Assembly: GCA_038245295.1 (NCBI GenBank)
Contig: JBBRSP010000009.1
Coordinates: 32,001-96,000 of the forward strand
Direction: 5' to 3'
Source of the DNA: Candidatus Binatia bacterium
Lineage (GTDB): Bacteria; Desulfobacterota; Binatia; HRBIN30
Length of the DNA stretch: 64,000 nt
Shown: piece by piece, positions 17,724 to 26,410 of the stretch
Numbering within the stretch: the first letter of the stretch is position 1
How the letters are laid out: every line of letters starts with the position of its first letter
Made by a program: the position numbers and the translations under genes
Notes under the pieces: model-generated
Seen by the model: only the letters and a program-made list of their open reading frames with translations
Database searches by the model: none
Told to the model about the DNA's origin: nothing

Positions 17724-18545
17724 TTACGAAGCGACATCGCTGAGGGAGGCCGTGCTGCGCAGCGACAACGGGGGTACGCCATGCCCCGACTCGGTGGAGC
17801 GAACGGCGGACGGCGGCTTGAGGGGCAGTTCAAGCTCTACCGTCGTTCCCACTCCGCTGCAGCTCTCGATCCTGACCTGCCCACCGTGTGCTTCGACGAT
17901 CGCTTTGACAATAAACAAACCCAAGCCCGTGCCGGACGCGCTGCGACCGCTCGGCGGACGAACGAACTGGCGAAACAGTTGCGGCATATCCTTGGCGTCG
18001 ATGCCACAGCCGGTGTCGCTCACCGTAAGGACCACACGCTGCGCCTCAATGCGGCTGCGTAAGGTGACGACACCGCCAACCGGAGTGTACTTGATGGCAT
18101 TGTCCAACACGTTCGTCAGGGCTCGCTCGATATGAACCGGATCACACTCCAGGATCGGCAAGACAGTGCTGTGTTCGACGATAAACTGAACCTGCTTTAG
18201 GTCCGCCGCGGTACGTTCCAAGTCCACGGCATCGTCGACGATCCGGCGCAGATCGGTGGGCAAGGGTGTCAACTCGAGCTTGCCGGCGTTGAAGCGCGCC
18301 CCATCAAGAAGATTGTTGGCCAACTGGATGACGTGACGGACACTGGAATGGACGCGTCGCAGGAGATCCGCTTGATCGGTTGTCAGCGAACCGGCGTCGC
18401 CGGCAAGCAAGATTTCGGTGATCGTCTGGGCGCTGGCCAAGGGGCTTTTGATGTCGTGGGTGATGGACGAAAGGATCTCGGCCTCGCGATGATGTCTGGA
18501 GTGCGCCCGCAATTTCCAACCCGTCCGGGACGAATGTGAGCTCAT
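17724..18545 (-). CDS. Histidine kinase (HisKA + HATPase) without an obvious sensor domain
   Basis: H-box ITHDIKSPL, N-box NVLDNAIKY, G1 DTGCGI, G2 GTGLGL. Confidence 0.88.
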   Translation of the reverse strand: MSSHSSRTGWKLRAHSRHHREAEILSSITHDIKSPLASAQTITEILLAGDAGSLTTDQADLLRRVHSSVRHVIQLANNLLDGARFNAGKLELTPLPTDLRRIVDDAVDLERTAADLKQVQFIVEHSTVLPILECDPVHIERALTNVLDNAIKYTPVGGVVTLRSRIEAQRVVLTVSDTGCGIDAKDMPQLFRQFVRPPSGRSASGTGLGLFIVKAIVEAHGGQVRIESCSGVGTTVELELPLKPPSAVRSTESGHGVPPLSLRSTASLSDVAS

Positions 18546-18697
18546 GAGTGGGAAGACTGAGCACTCTCCGTACCAACGGCGGGGTGCATTTGAAGTCCAA
18601 CAGTCGCTTGTTCAACGGCTGTCCTGGATTGTAGAAAGCAACGCTGCGGAGTGTCATCCTTGACGGACACACACAATCTCACAGCTCACCTATTGGC

Positions 18698-19342
18698 GTG
18701 ATGAAACCCACACTGGACAGCCGTGCCCTCAAGTTGGAACGTCTCGAGCTGCGGCACGAACGCCAGGTGGCAATGCTCTTGGTCCGGGCATTCATCGACG
18801 ATCCGCTGGTGCGAGTGATTTGCCAGGGTGGCGCGTCGCACCGAGCCCGACAGATGGAGTGGAGCTTTCGTATGTCGGTCCGCAGCCATTGCCTGTCGCC
18901 CCAACCGGCATGGGTTCTAGTCGCGGCAAACGGGCTGCCGGCCGGCGTGATTCTCGTATCGCGGCCAAGCATGGCTTTGAACGGTCGTGCCGACGTCGCG
19001 TTCACGCTGCAAGCCTTGCTGCATCTGGACTGGCGAACCATACGACGCGGGTTGCAAGCCGGGGGTGAATTGCTCAAGCACGCTCCCCCCACCGCGTTCA
19101 CCTATATCCGCACACTGGGCGTCGATCCCGATCGGCAGCACCAAGGGGTAGGGACACAACTCTTACGTCACGCCGTGCACTCGTCACCGACGAACTGGCC
19201 GATCTATCTGGAAACCGCGAAAGAGAGCAACCTGACATTCTACCAACGCCAGGGCCTGCAATGCATCGGAGAGTTCAACTGCTTCGGCGTGAAGGTTTGG
19301 CGCTTGTTACGTCCGAGCGCGCGCAAGCTCACCCTCGAATGA
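18698..19342 (+). CDS. GNAT family N-acetyltransferase
   Basis: RAFIDDP, YIRTLGVDPDRQHQGVGTQLL, IYLETAKESNLTFYQRQG. Confidence 0.88.
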   Translation: MMKPTLDSRALKLERLELRHERQVAMLLVRAFIDDPLVRVICQGGASHRARQMEWSFRMSVRSHCLSPQPAWVLVAANGLPAGVILVSRPSMALNGRADVAFTLQALLHLDWRTIRRGLQAGGELLKHAPPTAFTYIRTLGVDPDRQHQGVGTQLLRHAVHSSPTNWPIYLETAKESNLTFYQRQGLQCIGEFNCFGVKVWRLLRPSARKLTLE

Positions 19343-19430
19343 CCATTCCCAGCAATCGCACGTGCCGAGTCCTTGGCCGGTTGCTGCCGTCCAGGCTTTT
19401 GGCTACAGGCGTCCCCGCCCATGCTAGTGT

Positions 19431-19503
19431 GGGGCTGTAGCTCAGTTGGGAGAGCGCCTGAATGGCATTCAGGAGGTCGACGGTTCGATTCCGTTCAGCT
19501 CCA
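19431..19503 (+). tRNA. tRNA-Ala (GGC)
   Basis: GGGGCTGTAGCTCAGTTGGGAGAGC, anticodon arm CCTGA-ATGGCAT-TCAGG, GGTTCGATTCC, acceptor CAGCTCC-A; 3' CCA not encoded. Confidence 0.97.
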
Positions 19504-19544
19504 CTATTTACCCCCGAGGCGGGAACTCGGAGAGGAGAAGACCG

Positions 19545-19790
19545 ATGACCATCGTGCAGCGCCTGTTCCCGATGATCGCCCTGATGCTCCTCATGGTCAG
19601 TGTGCCCGCCTGCTCGTCGCGCCAACAACATGCCCCGGCGATCTATGAACCCGCCGGCTCGATCGAACGACCGGCTAAGGATCTATCGGAAGAGAAGTCT
19701 ACGACCGATCGCGCCGAAGAGATCGCCACGGTCATCTTGGTCCTCAGCATCACGATCGGCCTCATTCTACTGCCAATCCTGCTCCTCTAG
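19545..19790 (+). CDS. Small predicted lipoprotein with C-terminal hydrophobic segment
   Basis: GAGGAG RBS; hydrophobic signal ending VPAC; C-terminal IATVILVLSITIGLILLPILLL. Confidence 0.7.
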   Translation: MTIVQRLFPMIALMLLMVSVPACSSRQQHAPAIYEPAGSIERPAKDLSEEKSTTDRAEEIATVILVLSITIGLILLPILLL

Positions 19791-19996
19791 CGTTCCATTT
19801 CAAAACAGCGCTCCGCGTCCGCAAAATCATCCCTCCGCGGCGGCGCTGCCGCGGGGCAACCCTGCCTCGTTCAGGGAATGTCCAAAAAACACCGATCGCC
19901 GATTCTTCGCCGCTGATTGGGTAGTGCGTGGGTCATTCAACACGCCCTTGATACACCTCACCGAAGTGTTGCTGAGGAATCCGCCATGTCAGGGCT

Positions 19997-20013
19997 CTGG
20001 TATGCGTCTTGCG
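19997..20013 (+). promoter_or_regulatory. Sigma54-type (-24/-12) promoter
   Basis: CTGGTATGCGTCTTGCG: GG-N10-GC with TTGC, about 100 bp upstream of the giant coiled-coil gene. Confidence 0.6.
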
Positions 20014-20111
20014 CATAAGTTCCGACGGAGTGGACCTACCTGCGGTGCAGGCTGAAATAGAATTGTGTTAACACGAGAGCCGCAAAACCCGCAGCTCCAT
20101 GCTGTGGACCC

Positions 20112-23100
20112 GTGCCGAAGTCGGAAAGGCTAAGGCAGATGGAACCCGCTCGCGTGGCAAAAGATACCCCCGGCACCGCCCCCCGCGCTCACATGGCTGG
20201 CCTAGGCAATGGGTTTGTCTCGCTCTTGGCGCGTCGCCTCCCACGCCAACAGTTCGCCGTCGAAGCCGCGCGCCTGATCTCGCAGGCAATGCACGCTACG
20301 GCCATTGCCATTCTAAGCTACGATTTACGCAAGGACCGACTGAGCCTGCTGGCCAGCGAGGGCCTGGCAGAGGATGCTCGTGCCGCGCTTGGCGCCGGTG
20401 GCGATTGCCCATGGGATATCCCCATGCGCGGCTTACGCAATCGTCGCATCAGCGTCATTGTCGGGGCCCAACAGAACCCATTCGTACCGCGCGCTTTGGC
20501 GGCCCTGGGGCCGCGCGGCCTTTCGATCGCGTCGTTGCCCATTTATGCCGACCATGAACCGATCGGCGTACTCCTGGTATTCGCCGCCGGGAACCGATCC
20601 TTCGGCGACTCGCAGCTTCATACCTTGAGCCAAGGCCTGCGTGTCTGCGCTCCCGGCCTTCGTGATGCCGAGGCCGCCCAAGCACGCCGCGGCAACACCG
20701 CCTCACCCGACAACGTCGAAGCGACGATCGCCAAACTGATCGCCGCCGGGGCCATCATCGACCAAGGAGCAACCGGCGCTCAGGACAACGCCACATTCGT
20801 CGAGCCGCGCGTCCTCAGCTCGACAGATGACATCGCTCCGGCGGGAGTTGTGGCGGAGCTCAACGGTCGTGTTCAATCCCTTGAGCGCGAACAGGCGGCG
20901 GCGCGCGAAGAGCTCGAACAAAGCGCGCGACGGATCCGCAGCCTCACGATGCAGAACCACGCGCTCGGACGCGAGCGCGACGGTTTGCTGCAAAAACTCG
21001 CGGATCTTGAAGGCGGCGAATCAACAAACACCACCCAGCTCGAAGCCGAGATCGGAGCACTGCAAGAACGCCTTCTCGCCGTCGAATCCGAGCGATCGCG
21101 GATCCACCGCCTCTCCGAAGGGCGCGCCCGTGCCGCCCAACAATCGTCGGAAGCTCTCGAAGCCGAGCGCGCGGCAATGCACGAGCAATTGCAAAATGCC
21201 GACGCGACCGTCGCCGAACAGCAAACACTACTGTCGGCGGTGTTCGATGAACGCGACCGGCTGCAAGCACAGATTGACTCGCTCAGTGGTGAGTTGCGCT
21301 CGACCCAGGAAACGCTTCAGCGGGCACAGAGCGCCTCAACCCAGGAGCGCCTCGCTCTGGAAGCAGACCGCGAAGGCTGGCGCGAAGAGACCACGACGGT
21401 GCGCGCCCAACTGGTACAGCGCTCCGAGCAACTCGCGACCATCGAACGCGAGCTGCGGAGCCTCACCGTGGCGCACGACGGCGCCTGCGCGCAACTCACC
21501 GCGGCGCGTGCCGAGATCGAACAGCTTGCCCAGAACGTCGAGGAGCTCAACCACAGCAATCTGCAGGGCGAAACGGCTCGCGCCTCGGTGGCCGCCGAAA
21601 ACTCCACGCTTCGCAAGTCTCTCGACGGTGAGCGCGCGGCGCGATCTCAAGCCGAGTCGACGCTACGCACCGACCTCGCCACGACGCGTGCAGAGCTGGA
21701 GCAACTTTCCTCGACGACCAGCAGCCTGCGTGGCGAACTCGCAGAACGTGTTCGCGCCCTCCTGGAACGCGACGAGCAAGTAACCGAGCTGCGACGAGCC
21801 GAAGAGGCGGCACGCAACGCGGCACTGGCCTGGCGCGAAACCGAGACCAGCCTGCGCAACGAGATTTCCGGGCTGGCGGCGCGCCTTGAGCAGGGATTGG
21901 CGGAAAAGTCGCAGATCAGCGGCGAACGCGACCAATTGCGCACGGCAGTCGCGGACCTGCGGCAACGCCTCAGCCAGGCCGAAGTCGGTCACGCTTCGGC
22001 CGCCGCCCAGCTCCAAGCCGAGGCAGCCGAGCTCAAGCGCCAGACGGAATTGCTCAACAGCCAACGCGCCGAGCTACTGCAGCGGTTGGACCACACCGGC
22101 GGCCAAGGCCGCGATCTATCACGCCGGGTCGTCGAGACCGAACACCGGCTTGCCAATACAGAATCAACCCTGCGCGAGCGTGAAGCGCTGCTGGCAGAAG
22201 AGCGACGCCAACACGAAACGGTCGCCGCCGAGTTGGCGAGCTTACGCGGCCAGTTCCAGGCAAGCGATGAGACCGCCCGTCGGCTAACCCAGCGTCTCGA
22301 CCAGGAGCGCGCGGTCTTCGAGCTGCAGCGCAAGTCTCTGGAAGAACAGGGGCAGTCGCTGCGCAGCGAATTGGCTCGCAGCAGCGAGGCTGTTCTCAAC
22401 CTCGAGCGCGAAACACGCACATTATCCGTGTCGCGAAATGCCGCGACGTCGGAATTGGAGACACTGCAGGCGGACCACGGACGCTTGGTCAATCTGGTTG
22501 AAGAACTGCGCCGCAATCTGGCCCAGGTCGAAGCGGAACACGACGCTGTCGGGACCAGTGCCGCGACGTTGCGCCAGTCGTTGGAAACCGAACGCACCTC
22601 GTGGGTCGACACGGAGCGCGCCTTGCGCAGCGAGCTCACCGTCGTACGAAGCGAGATCGAGCGCCTGGGCGCATCGAGCCTGGCCTTGCGCGGTGAAATC
22701 GACGACCGCACACGTCAAGTCGCCGATCGCGAGCAGCAAATCATCTTTCTCACCCGCGAGCTCGAGACCTTGCGCGACGAAGGTGCCGATCGCGGCGTGT
22801 TGGCACAACAGGCGACACAGCTTGGGCGCCAGGTGGTCGAGCTGGAGCGGCAGATCGCGGCGATTCGCGGCGAGGCGACGCGCGCCGCGCGCCAGGCAGC
22901 GGCGGCCAACCAGGAGCTCGAAACGGCACGCCAACTCTATTCCGACCTGGCGAACACACTCAGCGCCGAACGTGCCGACACCCAGGAGACGCGCCAACGC
23001 GCCGTCGAAGATCGGCGCCAGATCGAGGCCGAAGCAGCGGCGTTGCGCAGCGATGTGGGAGCGTTGCGGGCGGCCCAGTCGGAACTGCAAGCGGCCGTCG

Positions 23101-26100
23101 CAAGCGCCCAAGAAGAGCGCACCCGCGCCGCCGAGAATGAATTCCAAGCGGCGCGCATGCTCGAAGATCTGAGCATTGAGCTCCAGCATGCGTTGGACAA
23201 TCGCCACGAGCAGGCCCAACTCGGCGCCGATGCACAAGCGGAAGAACTGCGTCGACGCGAGCAGGAGTTGTCGAGCACCCGAAGTCAGCTCAACGAGATC
23301 AACGCGGCGTACGCCGAGGCAACCGAGAAGTTGGCCAAACTGGAAGGTGTCGCCAGCCGCCACGCCGCCGCCGCCGATGAAGCGCAGCGCCGCGCCGCGG
23401 CGCTCGCGGAGCAACGTGCTTCGCTGCAAGCGGCGTTGGCCTCCGCCGAGCGCCAACGTTCAGACCGTGAAGCAGACCTGACGCGCCTCCACCTCGAGCT
23501 AGATGCGCTGCGCCAGCAAGCCGCGAACAAAGGCGTTCTGGCCGAACAAGCCAATCAGCTCGGCAGTCACGTCGTCGAACTAGAGCAGGCCCTGGCCTCG
23601 GCGCGCGGCGAAGCCTCCGAAGCCAGCCGCCGCTGCGCAACCTTGGGCGAAGAACTCGATTCGATACGCGGCAAGATGGGCGAAACCGAAGGCACCGCGA
23701 CACGCCAGCTCGGCGAGTTGCGCGAAGCCGTCGAGCGACTCAGCCAAGAACGTGCCGCATTGGAAAGCGAAACGATCAACAAGCGCGCCGAACTCGACGC
23801 GCAGCGTACGAGTCTCGAAGACCTGCAGCGCACCGTCGAAGACTTGCACCGCGATCAATCGCAATCGATTGCCCGCGGCCAGAACCTCGCCGAACAATTG
23901 GCCGAAGCACATCATCGCCTCGAGGAACTCAGCGCCCGCTTACATGAGCGCGAGGCCGCTGCCGACAGCGCTGCCACCGAGCGCGGCCGTCTCAGCTCCC
24001 AGGTTGCCAAGCTATCCAGCCAGCTTCGTTCGACACAGGAGGCCCTGGAATCCAAAGAAGGCCGCCTGGTACTCGATCGTTCCGCCCTGGAGACCGAGCG
24101 TGACCGGTGGCGTGATCAAGCCGAGGCCATCCGCGGCGAGTTCGATTCGATTCTGACGTCGGCCGACGCTGCGACGCGCGACGCCGCCGAGTTGGCGGCC
24201 GCGCGCTCCAACATGGAAGCCGAGATTGGTTCCCTGCGGCGCACTCTCGACACCGAACGGCAGACGCGAGCCGAGTTGGAAGCCAGCCTCCGCAGTGAGC
24301 GTGAACAGTTGGCTTCGGAAGTGCGCGGCACAAGCGAATTGCTGCAGCAACGCGAGGCGGCCCTGGTACAGATGCAGGCGGAGTTTGAATCACTGAGCGA
24401 CGCCCAAGTGCGTATTCAGGCCGCCGAAGCGGAAGCACGTACCGAGCTGGCGCGCCTGACGAGCTCTCTCCAAGAATCACAAAACGATATTGAACGATTG
24501 CGGCAAGAGCGACAGGGAATCGAGTCGGTGCTCGCCGAATCGCAAACGCAACGGAACGAAGCGGCCGAAGGCGCCGCCGCCGAGCTGCATGCAGCACGGG
24601 CGCAGCTGCGCGCCCTCGAGCGTGAGCGCGCCACGCTGCAATCGGCGTTGACCGAACATCAACAGCGGACCCGAGACCTGGCATCGATGCATGCCAGTTC
24701 ACTGTCGGGCTTTGAAGAGACAAGTGGCGAACTGCGGCGCCAGGTTGCTTCACTCACGGCGTTGCGTGACCAGTTGATGGATCGCACCGAGCGTGTTGGC
24801 GAAGAGCTGCAGCAACGCGACCGTATCGCCGAAGAGGAGCGACAGTCGTCTATCGCTCTCGCCGAACGTTGCGCACAGCTCGAGCAGGGCATGACCGGCG
24901 CTGAGGCACGGCGCCGTAGCCTCGAGGCCGAGTTGGTCCAAGTGCGCACCGAGAGCGAAAGGCTCCGCGCCCAGTTCAGTGAAAGTAGCCAATCCGAAGA
25001 GCATTCGAGCGAGTTGGCAAAGCAGCTCAGCGCCCTGGAACAGCAGTTGGCAGCAACACGTGGCGAGCTGACGCGTGCCGACCATCAGCGCGCCGCGCTT
25101 GCCGACGAGCTCGCTTCGGCCCATGCGCTACGCGCCGACCTGGTCCAAGCCGCCGAGAGCGAGCAATCACGGCTGCGCGAGAAGCTGCAACAGCTGGCTG
25201 ACGAACGAAAGCGCGTCGAAGCCCTCCAAGCCCAGCAACAAACCGATCTCGAAGCGCAGCGCGCGCAGGCAGCCGACCTGCGCGGCAGCCTCGAGCAGCA
25301 GCGCGAGGAGCGCCTGCATCTCGAACAAGAACGCGATGAACTGGCGGCTCAGATCGACGAGATCCGTGGCCGCGCTGCGGATATTCAAAAGTCGCTTCGC
25401 GAACGTGACGAAGCTCTCGCCGCGGCACGCAGCGAACGTGAAAAACTGGAAGCGCAGCTACGCACTCAGGCCAAGGCCGACGACAGCGAGAACGGCCGCG
25501 CTCCGCTGGCGGCAACCGACGGCAACGCCCATGATGCGGTTCTCGTCATCGAACGCTCGAACGCCAACGACGAGGCCAACGGCGCGGCTGAAGCCGCAGA
25601 ATCGGCCGACAACGAGGCCGGCGAGATTTCCGTCACTGTCGACGCCGTCCGCGAACTGATCCTCATGGACAACGGCAGACGCGGCGAGGAAGCCGCGACA
25701 GTGCTGCGTGGCGCCGGTTTCGAGGTGGCACTTTCCCCGCCTGGGGAACACGCCGCCAAGGATCTAAACGGGCGAAACGTTGGCTGCGTCATGATCAATC
25801 TGGCCGCCGGGCCAGCCGGATGGCATGCCCTGAAGTCGTTACGCGAGGCGCCGGCCTCGTGGGACGTACCGATCCTGGCCTATTTGATGCCACCCGAAGG
25901 ACAGAAGGGCGGCTTCTGTTTCGGCCGCGCCGACTTCGGATTCTGGCCCATGGAGCCGAGCCGATTGATCACCCGCATCAACGCGCTGCGACCGAAATGT
26001 CGGCGCCTCCTGGCCGTGAGTCATGATGTCGACTCGATGGGAAAACTGCGAGAGCCGCTGGCGAAGGTGAACATGTCGACGTCGATCGTGCTCGACGGCA

Positions 26101-26360
26101 AACAGGCCGTGGAGTTTACGTCGATCGTTTCGCCCGAGGCGGCCATCTTCCACTTGTCGCCCAGTACCAACGCCATCGCCCGTGCGGTCGCGTCGATCCG
26201 CGCCCAAGAGTCCACTGCCGACCTGCCGATGCTCTTGCTCCTCGACAAGAATCCACCCCGAGAAGACGTCTTCTTCGCCTCGACGGTTCGCGAACTGTTG
26301 ATGAAGGGGACGTTCCAGTTGACCAACCTACCCGCTGAAATCGCCCGCGTAATCTCCTGA
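20112..26360 (+). CDS. Giant protein: GAF-like domain + ~1550-aa coiled coil + two receiver-like domains
   Basis: N-terminal GAF-like region (LLASEGL...IASLPIYADHEPIGVLLV), long E/R/A/L/Q heptad region, C-terminal tandem CheY-like folds; start could be ATG 20139. Confidence 0.85.
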   Translation: MPKSERLRQMEPARVAKDTPGTAPRAHMAGLGNGFVSLLARRLPRQQFAVEAARLISQAMHATAIAILSYDLRKDRLSLLASEGLAEDARAALGAGGDCPWDIPMRGLRNRRISVIVGAQQNPFVPRALAALGPRGLSIASLPIYADHEPIGVLLVFAAGNRSFGDSQLHTLSQGLRVCAPGLRDAEAAQARRGNTASPDNVEATIAKLIAAGAIIDQGATGAQDNATFVEPRVLSSTDDIAPAGVVAELNGRVQSLEREQAAAREELEQSARRIRSLTMQNHALGRERDGLLQKLADLEGGESTNTTQLEAEIGALQERLLAVESERSRIHRLSEGRARAAQQSSEALEAERAAMHEQLQNADATVAEQQTLLSAVFDERDRLQAQIDSLSGELRSTQETLQRAQSASTQERLALEADREGWREETTTVRAQLVQRSEQLATIERELRSLTVAHDGACAQLTAARAEIEQLAQNVEELNHSNLQGETARASVAAENSTLRKSLDGERAARSQAESTLRTDLATTRAELEQLSSTTSSLRGELAERVRALLERDEQVTELRRAEEAARNAALAWRETETSLRNEISGLAARLEQGLAEKSQISGERDQLRTAVADLRQRLSQAEVGHASAAAQLQAEAAELKRQTELLNSQRAELLQRLDHTGGQGRDLSRRVVETEHRLANTESTLREREALLAEERRQHETVAAELASLRGQFQASDETARRLTQRLDQERAVFELQRKSLEEQGQSLRSELARSSEAVLNLERETRTLSVSRNAATSELETLQADHGRLVNLVEELRRNLAQVEAEHDAVGTSAATLRQSLETERTSWVDTERALRSELTVVRSEIERLGASSLALRGEIDDRTRQVADREQQIIFLTRELETLRDEGADRGVLAQQATQLGRQVVELERQIAAIRGEATRAARQAAAANQELETARQLYSDLANTLSAERADTQETRQRAVEDRRQIEAEAAALRSDVGALRAAQSELQAAVASAQEERTRAAENEFQAARMLEDLSIELQHALDNRHEQAQLGADAQAEELRRREQELSSTRSQLNEINAAYAEATEKLAKLEGVASRHAAAADEAQRRAAALAEQRASLQAALASAERQRSDREADLTRLHLELDALRQQAANKGVLAEQANQLGSHVVELEQALASARGEASEASRRCATLGEELDSIRGKMGETEGTATRQLGELREAVERLSQERAALESETINKRAELDAQRTSLEDLQRTVEDLHRDQSQSIARGQNLAEQLAEAHHRLEELSARLHEREAAADSAATERGRLSSQVAKLSSQLRSTQEALESKEGRLVLDRSALETERDRWRDQAEAIRGEFDSILTSADAATRDAAELAAARSNMEAEIGSLRRTLDTERQTRAELEASLRSEREQLASEVRGTSELLQQREAALVQMQAEFESLSDAQVRIQAAEAEARTELARLTSSLQESQNDIERLRQERQGIESVLAESQTQRNEAAEGAAAELHAARAQLRALERERATLQSALTEHQQRTRDLASMHASSLSGFEETSGELRRQVASLTALRDQLMDRTERVGEELQQRDRIAEEERQSSIALAERCAQLEQGMTGAEARRRSLEAELVQVRTESERLRAQFSESSQSEEHSSELAKQLSALEQQLAATRGELTRADHQRAALADELASAHALRADLVQAAESEQSRLREKLQQLADERKRVEALQAQQQTDLEAQRAQAADLRGSLEQQREERLHLEQERDELAAQIDEIRGRAADIQKSLRERDEALAAARSEREKLEAQLRTQAKADDSENGRAPLAATDGNAHDAVLVIERSNANDEANGAAEAAESADNEAGEISVTVDAVRELILMDNGRRGEEAATVLRGAGFEVALSPPGEHAAKDLNGRNVGCVMINLAAGPAGWHALKSLREAPASWDVPILAYLMPPEGQKGGFCFGRADFGFWPMEPSRLITRINALRPKCRRLLAVSHDVDSMGKLREPLAKVNMSTSIVLDGKQAVEFTSIVSPEAAIFHLSPSTNAIARAVASIRAQESTADLPMLLLLDKNPPREDVFFASTVRELLMKGTFQLTNLPAEIARVIS

Positions 26361-26410
26361 GTCGTCAAGGCGCTGCGGCGACGATCGCGCCACGCTACGA
26401 AAGGACAACC

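Noticed and set aside
18586..18600. Sigma54 promoter for the histidine kinase
   Set aside because: GG and GC are 9 nt apart rather than the required 10
19431..19800. tRNA-Ala as an integration site for an island
   Set aside because: No integrase and no duplicated tRNA 3' end seen in the window
20112..26360. SMC/SbcC ATPase or phage tape-measure protein
   Set aside because: No Walker A/B or signature motifs, no hinge and no phage genes; the termini look like signalling folds
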